The notes under the pieces: generated by a model
Databases searched by the model: none
Seen by the model: only the letters and a program-made list of their open reading frames with translations
Told to the model about the DNA's origin: nothing
Source: Euryarchaeota archaeon UBA552
GTDB taxonomy: Archaea > Thermoplasmatota > Poseidoniia > Poseidoniales > Thalassarchaeaceae
NCBI GenBank assembly: GCA_002499585.1
Contig: DAMH01000009.1
Span: forward strand, 3,396-67,395
Length of the DNA stretch: 64,000 nucleotides
Reading direction: 5' to 3'
Shown here: piece by piece, positions 18,286 through 25,952 of the stretch
Position numbering within the stretch: position 1 is the first letter of the stretch
Layout: each line of letters starts with the position of its first letter
Translations under genes and position numbers: made by a program

Positions 18286-19161
18286 TCAGCTGCGTACGTT
18301 GATTAGAGCTACCATGTAAGCATGGTTATCCCCGCAATACTCCGTGCAAAGTAACAGGAAATCTTCGACATTATCTGCAGGAAGCCACACAGATGTTAAA
18401 CCCAGCTCCTCAATTGGGGCTGATAGTCCGAACTCTCCTTCGTCTGTTAGAATTAGGTTGTCACTGAGACCGTCACCATTGTTGTCCCTTGCTCCCGGTG
18501 AATACAACACGTCTTCTTTGACCCCCCAAGACACAAACCATGGTGCGTGTGTGACATCTGCAGACCCCATTACTGCAAGGTATACTTCTCCTTGTTTCAG
18601 AGAAAGGCTGGCGGCAGGGGTCCCTTCCACTATGGAGGTGCCGACCTCGCACAGATCTGGTACAGACAGGCCTAAGCAATCAAAATTCCAACCCCACTGA
18701 TACGCTTCGATGTATACCACATGGTAACAATCAGCTGTATACCTCCCATCCTCAGCAGACCAAGTAAGATTCGAGTATTGGCCATCTTCGCACTCGTCTC
18801 CGTACCCTCCTGCTTGAGTAGAATCCCACACTGCGTCGAGGGGCCCCCATGAAATCAACGCTAGATAGAGAATAAGCAGAAATGGAGCAACAGTCCATGT
18901 CACTTCGAGTTTGAAATTATCGTACTCTTTGGGAAATACCCCCACTTCAATCTCGTCCTTGTTGTCCCATTCCCCGTCCTCTTCGCTCCTGTACCACAGG
19001 GAGTGGTGATAGAGCCATATGAAGGTAAATCCACCGACCAAGAAAGACCATAGTATGTATTCGTTCCAAAGGTTATCGAACAACGGGGTTATGCCTGCCA
19101 TCCGATCCCCGACCTTGGGAGTAAACGCACCCTCATAAGGGTAAGGACCCGGCGCTCCCAA
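18286..19161 (-). CDS. coxB: haem-copper oxidase subunit II (CuA cupredoxin) with insertions
   Basis: CuA ligands VTHAPWF ... CTEYCGDNHAYM, and aromatic entry motif AYQWGWNF. 19161 is a TTG; the first ATG is at 19101 (MAGITPLFDNLW). Confidence 0.85.
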   Translation of the reverse strand: MGAPGPYPYEGAFTPKVGDRMAGITPLFDNLWNEYILWSFLVGGFTFIWLYHHSLWYRSEEDGEWDNKDEIEVGVFPKEYDNFKLEVTWTVAPFLLILYLALISWGPLDAVWDSTQAGGYGDECEDGQYSNLTWSAEDGRYTADCYHVVYIEAYQWGWNFDCLGLSVPDLCEVGTSIVEGTPAASLSLKQGEVYLAVMGSADVTHAPWFVSWGVKEDVLYSPGARDNNGDGLSDNLILTDEGEFGLSAPIEELGLTSVWLPADNVEDFLLLCTEYCGDNHAYMVALINVRS

Positions 19162-19265
19162 GACTTCGTGTCACTGCGACAGGTTAGCCAGCAGATGGTC
19201 CTGTTAGCAACAATAAAAATCGTGGTGGTTCTGTTAAGTTTCCCAGCCATGGTGGGGGACTCGCA

Positions 19266-19781
19266 GTGGATCATTTGGATAACCATGGATTCGACCAAAA
19301 TAAAACGGTCAATATCAGGCCAGATAGTATTGATAGATATACAAAAGTCTCCAAACATATTGCCGAAGCTATACTAAGAAACAGACCCATTCATGACGAA
19401 GGGGCAAATTGCCCCATCTTGGTGGAGGGTAGAAGGGATGTTTCCGCACTCAGAGAATTTGGTTTCACTGGAACAATAGAAATACTAAATCGGGGATGGG
19501 ACCAATCCCGAATAATAGCGTATCTGTACGACAGATACGGTTGCAGAAATTCAGTTGATAATGGTCCTTCTGTAATCCTCCTTATGGACTGGGACAGAAC
19601 GGGAGGAAGACTTCAATCAACGTTCAGAAAAAGGCTGCAGTCTCTGGACATGAAGATAGACGAAACTCTTTGGAGGAGTCTGATGATGAACATGAAACCT
19701 GAGGGGAGGACTGTGGAGTCGTTGCAATCTTATGCTGGCACCCTCAACTCACTGATAGAAGAATACTTATCCTCTGGTTGA
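19266..19781 (+). CDS. small Toprim-domain protein (primase-like, COG1658-type)
   Basis: Toprim Glu context PILVEGRRDVSALREFG and DxD context ILLMDWDRTGGRL. GTG start; there is no in-frame ATG near the N-terminus. Confidence 0.6.
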   Translation: MDHLDNHGFDQNKTVNIRPDSIDRYTKVSKHIAEAILRNRPIHDEGANCPILVEGRRDVSALREFGFTGTIEILNRGWDQSRIIAYLYDRYGCRNSVDNGPSVILLMDWDRTGGRLQSTFRKRLQSLDMKIDETLWRSLMMNMKPEGRTVESLQSYAGTLNSLIEEYLSSG

Positions 19782-19798
19782 CGGAAGTCTGAAGATAT

Positions 19799-20245
19799 TC
19801 AAGGGACCGATGTGGGTTGTTCCTTGACTGTATTGAGGACAAAATGTGTGACAGTTCTAGTTATGCCATTCATTGATAATACTGTTTTGGAGAGGTCGTC
19901 TAAGTCTACCCTATCCCTGGCTCTAGCTACGATCATCGAATCGAATTCCCCGGTCACGTCGTACACACCCAGAACCCGAGGGTCTTCGGCAATCGTTCGT
20001 TGTAACTCAAGCAGCCTCCCCTTTTCTATCCTAAGGCCGACAACTACTGTGAGACCCCAGCCGACTTTCTCTGGATCGATTTGAATTTTGTATCCCTTGA
20101 TGACCCCCGACGATTCCATTTTCTTCAATCGGTTGCTGACTGTGCCCAGAGACACACCGATTTCACTAGCTATCGACCTCAACGACATTCGAGCATCCGC
20201 CTCTAAACATCTGATAATCGACCTATCAGTGTCATCTATCGCCAT
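19799..20245 (-). CDS. Lrp/AsnC family transcriptional regulator
   Basis: HTH region DRSIIRCLEADARMSLRSIASEIGVSLGTVSNRLKKMESSGVIKGY, followed by a RAM/ACT-like C-terminal domain. Confidence 0.85.
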   Translation of the reverse strand: MAIDDTDRSIIRCLEADARMSLRSIASEIGVSLGTVSNRLKKMESSGVIKGYKIQIDPEKVGWGLTVVVGLRIEKGRLLELQRTIAEDPRVLGVYDVTGEFDSMIVARARDRVDLDDLSKTVLSMNGITRTVTHFVLNTVKEQPTSVP

Positions 20246-20275
20246 GATTGATCTACTTGCGCCAGCAAAATGAAA

Positions 20276-21916
20276 CTATTCATCAATTCTGTCCTCGGGG
20301 GTGTCATCCCCAATAAGTTTCAACCTACTCGTGCGCTCATGCGTTGATGCCATTGCTGTGATTTTGGAGCCCAACCACACCGGTAGTGGATCCCGGTCCC
20401 ATCGATCAGAAACCAGCCACCCCCCACTACCAAAACTATCTCCGTTCAACAAACTGCTCCTATCGAGGGCCCCTCCTTCAAGTAGCATAATCAAGTCCTC
20501 ACGATCAATCACCAGGATCTTGTTCGTTGCAAACTCTCTGGAAAAATGAACTCCCTTTTCAACAACCCTCAGTATATCTGGAGGCCTTGATTCAACTATT
20601 TCGCACCCGACTTGTATTACTTTTAATGGACGCCACCTATCGCCTGATATCTTAGCATTCCCATTGGATACTACTGTCTCACTCTTCCAAACATCAAGCA
20701 TTTTTGATGTGCCTAAAAATATCTTTCTCCCCCGCTCCCACAGATTAACGATCGATCCCCTAAACTCATGCTTGAATTTCTCACCAGCTTCCAAGGAGAT
20801 TGGCTGACTCGCCTCCCTTCGATCCTCTGGTATTTTGATTGGCATGTCACCTTTTTCAATGACGGTCGGGGAATCCTCCCTCTTCCTGATTGAGGCCACG
20901 AAAAAGCCTCCAGCATTCATTTTGTGTCCTAGTATTCTTTTGGTATTTGATAGCATTTTGTAATCAAACCCTACCAAGTTTGAACATCGATCTCCAACTT
21001 CCAGAGGATTTAGCTCATCATCCAACGAGATCCACGAGTTAAGCCCATCCTCCATCTCAACTCCATTCAGCCGACCGTCGATGTTTTCCAATACGACGTC
21101 TGCCCTATTTCCCAATACAGCAGAAACAACGCCCTCATTCTCAATGGGATCTATTGAACAGGTTGAGTATACAACCCTCCCTCCTGGCCTGGCCAAATCA
21201 ATCGCCTTGTTCAATAATCCTACTTGCATTCCCTGAAGGCCCAACCCCCCGCTCGGCTTCCACTGCCTCCAGACTTCCGGGTTTTTCCTCGTAGTGCCAG
21301 ATCCGGTGCACGGTACATCCACTAAAATTGCGTCATATCCTTGGTTTCCTGCCAATGCAGGGAGGTGCCTTCCATCATGATTCACAACAATCGAGCTTCT
21401 GGATCTGTGACGTTGTAGGTTTGAAATTAATAGATTGCAACGTTTTCTAGACCTTTCATTGGCAACAACTAGCCCTTCACCATTAAGGAATTCAGCGATC
21501 TGGGTAGTTTTAGAACCCGGGCTGGAGCACATGTCTAGAATTACTTCTCCCGGCTCTGGTCGAAGTACAATGACCGGTATCATTGACACTGCTTCTTGAC
21601 GAGTCAAACGCCCTGTTTCATGCAGGGAAATCAATGTCTGTCGAACATTATCAGGTGCACTACCTCTGGCAAAAGGGAGAGTCCAACATGATCCTGGACC
21701 TGGATACCATTCCGAGCATTTTGCGTCGAGTGAAGCAATCCAAGCCTCTACATCGGCCGCATCGGCCCTCAGCGGATTCACTCTGACAGTTTCAGGCAAC
21801 TTCTCAAACGCATTGTTGAACCAGTCATCTGAGTCAGCCATCCAGTTTGATGCCGCGATCCTCAGAAGACTGTTGTCGGCAGACTCTCTCCAATCTACCT
21901 CATGTTCAGCGCCCAA
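20276..21916 (-). CDS. NOL1/NOP2/Sun-family RNA cytosine-C5 methyltransferase (RsmF/Trm4-like) with a C-terminal extension
   Basis: ILDMCSSPGSKTTQIAE, ILVDVPCTGSGTTRKNPE and VYSTCSIDPIENEGVV. 21916 is a TTG; the first ATG is at 21841 (MADSDDWFNNAFEKL). Confidence 0.8.
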   Translation of the reverse strand: MGAEHEVDWRESADNSLLRIAASNWMADSDDWFNNAFEKLPETVRVNPLRADAADVEAWIASLDAKCSEWYPGPGSCWTLPFARGSAPDNVRQTLISLHETGRLTRQEAVSMIPVIVLRPEPGEVILDMCSSPGSKTTQIAEFLNGEGLVVANERSRKRCNLLISNLQRHRSRSSIVVNHDGRHLPALAGNQGYDAILVDVPCTGSGTTRKNPEVWRQWKPSGGLGLQGMQVGLLNKAIDLARPGGRVVYSTCSIDPIENEGVVSAVLGNRADVVLENIDGRLNGVEMEDGLNSWISLDDELNPLEVGDRCSNLVGFDYKMLSNTKRILGHKMNAGGFFVASIRKREDSPTVIEKGDMPIKIPEDRREASQPISLEAGEKFKHEFRGSIVNLWERGRKIFLGTSKMLDVWKSETVVSNGNAKISGDRWRPLKVIQVGCEIVESRPPDILRVVEKGVHFSREFATNKILVIDREDLIMLLEGGALDRSSLLNGDSFGSGGWLVSDRWDRDPLPVWLGSKITAMASTHERTSRLKLIGDDTPEDRIDE

Positions 21917-22045
21917 GGTTCAGCCTCATCAAAACCAAGAGGTGAAGAGTATCAATACTGCTGCAAAATCAGGATACTAGCCTCGATATCCGGTAAACCG
22001 TTAAGAGTGTTGAAGAATAGTGCGGAATGCGGCCACGGCTGCAGG

Positions 22046-22417
22046 ATGGGATGCGTGCACAATCGGAGCGGAAGCAGGAGAATACAACAAAACGGTGGAA
22101 GAAGGATACGGACTACCCCAATTAAGGGGAAGGAGAAACTCGAAACACTGGTCTCTCGGGCAAAAAAAGCCACTATCGGGATACCAGACATACTTCCGGT
22201 AGAAGCCATAATCACAGTCACTGAGCACGAGTGGATTTGGCAGATCGTGGACCAGACAATGCTTAACACACTATCTCACAGGATTATTCTCGATAATCCA
22301 ACACTGGGCAGAAGAGAACTGGTGATGACCTCCGGCATAGACGCCGCAGTTGGAGTCGCCAGGACAGTAACAGAAATAGAGGGTGGCTGTGTCTTGATAG
22401 AAACACTGGAGCCCTGA
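22046..22417 (+). CDS. hypothetical small protein (uncertain; basic N-terminus and an alpha/beta-looking C-terminal ~85 aa)
   Basis: This is the only sizeable ORF in the 550-630 bp gap. The C-terminal part (ATIGIPDILPVEAIITVTEHEW...GIDAAVGVARTVTEIEGGCVLIETLEP) looks protein-like. The start is unresolved (ATG 22046; the track start 21902 overlaps the divergent gene). Confidence 0.25.
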   Translation: MGCVHNRSGSRRIQQNGGRRIRTTPIKGKEKLETLVSRAKKATIGIPDILPVEAIITVTEHEWIWQIVDQTMLNTLSHRIILDNPTLGRRELVMTSGIDAAVGVARTVTEIEGGCVLIETLEP

Positions 22418-22471
22418 TTCTAATCGACCAAAATGGGCTTCATTAAAATATAACTCCTGAGTCGGAGGGAC

Positions 22472-22651
22472 GTGGCTAAGAAGGAGAAGAACAGTGGCAT
22501 ACAGCAAGCCGCTGGTCTAATAAGATATTTTGACGAGGAGTCAGAAGACGCCATACAGATTCCAAAAAGCGCTGTTTACGGGGCTTGCATTGTGTTTTCA
22601 ATCATCATCTACCTCGCTCAACACGGTGTGATACAGTGGATATTTGGTTAA
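22472..22651 (+). CDS. preprotein translocase subunit Sec61beta (archaeal SecG)
   Basis: Not in the ORF track (59 codons, GTG start). Translation: VAKKEKNSGIQQAAGLIRYFDEESEDAIQIPKSAVYGACIVFSIIIYLAQHGVIQWIFG. It has the family hallmark AGLIRYFDEE plus a single C-terminal TM helix, with GGAGGGA 4 nt upstream of the GTG. Confidence 0.7.
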   Translation: MAKKEKNSGIQQAAGLIRYFDEESEDAIQIPKSAVYGACIVFSIIIYLAQHGVIQWIFG

Positions 22652-23379
22652 TCCGTTAAGTCCACAAATGGAATTTCATCATCATCATCCCTGAGGATTG
22701 CCCACTGGTTATCCCTTTCCATGTTTATCCGCCCGGATGCTCTTGAGATTGCTCGCTCGAACGCTTGGCCATTCCTATCGTCCAGCGCCATTCGCGCCTC
22801 CTCGATATCTCGCTCAAAACCTCTCCCGTCGAACTCATCAATTCCTTCTGAGAATGAAACTACCTCTCTCAAAACCTCCCTCATCGATTCTTCTGCTTCC
22901 CTTTGACATGACTGCCATATTTTGGCTTGATTAGAGACGTTGAGCCCAGTATGCTTCTCGTAGGCGCGCTTGAAAACAGGCTCCCAAGGATTGTACCCCA
23001 ATGAAGATAGGACATCGTAGATTATTCTATTCGTGACGTCCTTTTTCCCCTCAATTTCAATCCGATTCAGGAAGCACTTCGTGAAAATCCCGAACCCCCA
23101 GTATGGCTTCGAAACAATCGATATTCTGGTTCCAAAGGCCATGACCTCAATGCTCCATCGCTGTTCATCAAATTTTAGCTCACTCATTAATAGAGGAGGG
23201 TCAGATGGCCCTAAAGCTCTCAGAAATGCATTTGTTACGTCGCCCAAAATTATTTTTCCAGCTGAATTCCCGCTGCTAGAGTGTCTGAGATACCCTTGTG
23301 AGTCAATCCACATAATTGGGGCATGGCTCCTCACTTGAGCCCAGAGCACTATGGTTGACGCACCTCCATCCATGGCCAT
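22648..23379 (-). CDS. hypothetical cytoplasmic protein with an acidic C-terminal tail
   Basis: 243-aa ORF with an ATG start and no TM segment. The C-terminal half is helical and charged, ending in RDDDDEIPFVDLTD. Confidence 0.5.
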   Translation of the reverse strand: MAMDGGASTIVLWAQVRSHAPIMWIDSQGYLRHSSSGNSAGKIILGDVTNAFLRALGPSDPPLLMSELKFDEQRWSIEVMAFGTRISIVSKPYWGFGIFTKCFLNRIEIEGKKDVTNRIIYDVLSSLGYNPWEPVFKRAYEKHTGLNVSNQAKIWQSCQREAEESMREVLREVVSFSEGIDEFDGRGFERDIEEARMALDDRNGQAFERAISRASGRINMERDNQWAILRDDDDEIPFVDLTD

Positions 23380-23632
23380 CTGAGGAACTAACCAAGATTG
23401 AGCCTTGCCATTGGGACAAGGCTATCAGCCGTCAAATTGAGGTCGTTCCGTGCCGCGTAGGAAGTATGGACGACTCATCAAACAGGTTGATCACCCTCCA
23501 AAAGACAACTGCAGTAGATGTAGAAGCGGCAAACATTGCCCTCTGGAGGGACACTCCGGGCAGAGGGTCAAAGCGGACCGCTCATGGCAGGGTGTGGAGA
23601 AACTCAAGAAAAGGAAATCAAAAAGGAACCCC

Positions 23633-24712
23633 TCAAGAAGATGATTTATGCAGCCCGTGGAGAGTGCCCTCCAAATCGGTCTCATGTTGAACGGAAGGCA
23701 TACTCGGAAGCGGTTTTTGTGCTCGTCGATATATCTCCCTAAGAGTTTGATCACTGATTTCAAGATACACTCTGGTGGTTGCTATGCTGGCGTGACCCAG
23801 TAGCCTTTGGATCGTAACGAGGTCTGCCCCCCTCTCAAGAAGCCCCGAGGCAAACGTGTGCCTCAGTGTGTGAGGGGTCAACCTGGACCTGGGTATTGAT
23901 GCAGACTCAGCTAACTTATCCATGAGTTTTTGAACCCAGCGCGGTGTTATCCTACTTCCTGATTTGGTTATGAAAAGAGAGTTTCTGCCTTCACCTTTCA
24001 GTCCAGAATCCCTGACGCTCCTTTCCCTCAACCACTCCTCGATCATTGTCTTGGTCTGGATAGTAAATAGCACAGTTCGATCCTTCTCCCCCTTTCCACC
24101 CAACACAAGGGCAGATAAATCGTCAAGATCTACATCCTCAACGTCCATGTTGCAGATTTCAGAAACTCTGACTCCGGTTTCTAGCATCATGGTCGCCAAC
24201 GGGCCCGCGATTGGATCCTTGAAAGACGCAACAGCGTTGTTGAACCTTAGAAGCTCCCTTTTGTTCAATGTTTTTGGGAGGGGCCTTCTTCTGGCCGGCC
24301 TCCTTATCCAGTCTGGCATGGGGTGGCCAAACCATCTCAGAAGATGAGAGGCAGCGGCAATCCTTGCATTGACACTTGATGGACTCAACTCATCAAGGCT
24401 GGATATCCAAGAGTCTATTCTTCCTAGTTCTGGGTCCAATAATTCGTGAGCTCTCTCTACATTCACGGATAAGAATAGATCGATTTCAACAGGGGTTTCA
24501 TCCGGAAGAAAGGTGCTGGCTATGCCCTTCGCTGCACGTGTGTACGCCCTGATAGTGTGTTCGCTCTTCTTTTCAGCCTTCAACTGCGATATCCAACATT
24601 CGAACCATGGTAAACCACTGAGGCGATGGAGACGGGTTGGTAACCTCTTCGACAGACTGTCTAGTTTTCTCTGCCGGGGAAAATTCCGGTTCACATCATT
24701 TTCGATTTGCAC
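23633..24712 (-). CDS. xerA: tyrosine recombinase, XerA/XerCD family
   Basis: Catalytic C-terminal region HTLRHTFASGLLERGADLVTIQRLLGHASIATTRVY, with an upstream R in ETGVRVSEI. GTG start. Confidence 0.8.
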   Translation of the reverse strand: MQIENDVNRNFPRQRKLDSLSKRLPTRLHRLSGLPWFECWISQLKAEKKSEHTIRAYTRAAKGIASTFLPDETPVEIDLFLSVNVERAHELLDPELGRIDSWISSLDELSPSSVNARIAAASHLLRWFGHPMPDWIRRPARRRPLPKTLNKRELLRFNNAVASFKDPIAGPLATMMLETGVRVSEICNMDVEDVDLDDLSALVLGGKGEKDRTVLFTIQTKTMIEEWLRERSVRDSGLKGEGRNSLFITKSGSRITPRWVQKLMDKLAESASIPRSRLTPHTLRHTFASGLLERGADLVTIQRLLGHASIATTRVYLEISDQTLREIYRRAQKPLPSMPSVQHETDLEGTLHGLHKSSS

Positions 24713-24834
24713 CTTTTCAACCCCGATCTCGACAGCAAAATGTGCTTCCCAGTCCCCTCAGGAACAGACTGGATCGAAGACGTGTAGTATTGAAATCTTG
24801 CCTGAAAGAATACTTAACGGTGCAATATTTCGTA

Positions 24835-25815
24835 TCAAGAGGATTCAGCCGAGCCTTCTTTGCCGTTTGAGATAACTTCTCCAGATCCTTCAATCATATT
24901 CTCATCAGACCTCACGTTGTTGGATTCTTCCCATGCTTCTCGGACTCTCGCTCTGAGTGTTGAGACTATTCTTCCTGCGACATTCACCCCCGTTGCACGC
25001 TCTATACCCTCCAATCCAGGGCTTGAGTTGGCTTCCAAAACCAACGGCCCAGATGCGGAGACCAACATATCAACTCCAGCTACATCCAATCCAAGCTGGG
25101 CTGCTGCCTTAATGGCAACATTAGCCTGAGTAGTGCTAAGATCAATAGCCTCCACAGATCCACCTAGGTGAAAATTTGATCGGAATTCAGTACCACGTGC
25201 TCTTCTTAGCATGCTTGCCACTACCCTGCCTCTGACGACAATTACGCGTATGTCTTTACCATGAGACTCCCGAATATACTCTTGTACCAGTGGCCTCATT
25301 CCCCTCTCAAACATCTGAGAAAGCAACGAAATTGCTCTAGGTTCATCATCCAAGAGAAAAACACTGGAGCCTTGGGTACCCTCACTTGCTTTGATGACGA
25401 GGGGATAATCCCCGATGGCACGCAAAGCGTGTACTGAATCCTCCATAGATGCTACTTTGATGCTTTTAGGGACTGGTAGACCAGATTCAGCCATTACCTG
25501 TGTTGCAGCAATTTTATCCCGGCTCAATATTATCGAAGCAGCATTATTCTGTACGATTGCACCCATTTTCTCAAATTGCCGTACTATACTTGAACCCGGC
25601 CTCGTGATCGAATATCCGATTCTGGGAATTACCGCATCAGCGTGGATCGGCCAGCCCCTGTAGTAGATCTTCCCACCGTCATCGTCGACAGCGGTTGTGA
25701 CACTCATCGGGTCTATGATTCGGGCGCTGAAACCGTACCTGTGTGACTCTTCCATCAAGCGCATTGTCGAATAGAGCCCGGGACCACGGGAAAGGATAAC
25801 CAGCCTCGGGTCCAT
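24835..25815 (-). CDS. rimK: RimK-family ATP-grasp alpha-L-glutamate ligase
   Basis: GKDIRVIVVRGRVVASMLRR, FRSNFHLGGS and GVDMLVSASGPLVLEANSSPGLEGIE. Confidence 0.8.
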   Translation of the reverse strand: MDPRLVILSRGPGLYSTMRLMEESHRYGFSARIIDPMSVTTAVDDDGGKIYYRGWPIHADAVIPRIGYSITRPGSSIVRQFEKMGAIVQNNAASIILSRDKIAATQVMAESGLPVPKSIKVASMEDSVHALRAIGDYPLVIKASEGTQGSSVFLLDDEPRAISLLSQMFERGMRPLVQEYIRESHGKDIRVIVVRGRVVASMLRRARGTEFRSNFHLGGSVEAIDLSTTQANVAIKAAAQLGLDVAGVDMLVSASGPLVLEANSSPGLEGIERATGVNVAGRIVSTLRARVREAWEESNNVRSDENMIEGSGEVISNGKEGSAESS

Positions 25816-25952
25816 GAGCTTCCGTCAACCATCCTACTTGAGACAGTTGCGCAGGTTTGCAAAACCCAGAGAACACTTTCGATCTCTGGACAATTCAGGG
25901 AGGTATTGAAAACAACACCACGTCGCTTGTTGCACAACGGGGGCTCAAGGCT

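Noticed and set aside
22055-22080. GCGGAAGCAGG in the long gap, reminiscent of the GGAA-tetraloop / AGCA motif of SRP RNA helix 8.
   Set aside because: The flanking sequence does not form the required helix 8 or the long 5'/3' pairing of a 7S RNA. No Alu-domain motifs were seen, and the match is only ~9 nt.
23450-23644. A 64-aa basic ORF with CSRC...HC..H (GTG start) in the 253-bp spacer downstream of xerA, as a small Zn-binding protein.
   Set aside because: It has no recognisable family pattern and no SD-like sequence, it overlaps the xerA 3' end, and several other overlapping ORFs in the same spacer are equally long. It cannot be supported from sequence alone.
23633-24712. The tyrosine recombinase as the integrase of an integrated virus, plasmid or mobile island.
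   Set aside because: It is not adjacent to a tRNA. I saw no flanking direct repeats and no viral or plasmid genes. The neighbours are housekeeping genes (Sec61beta, RimK). A chromosomal XerA dimer-resolution recombinase is the simpler reading. I could not identify a dif site.
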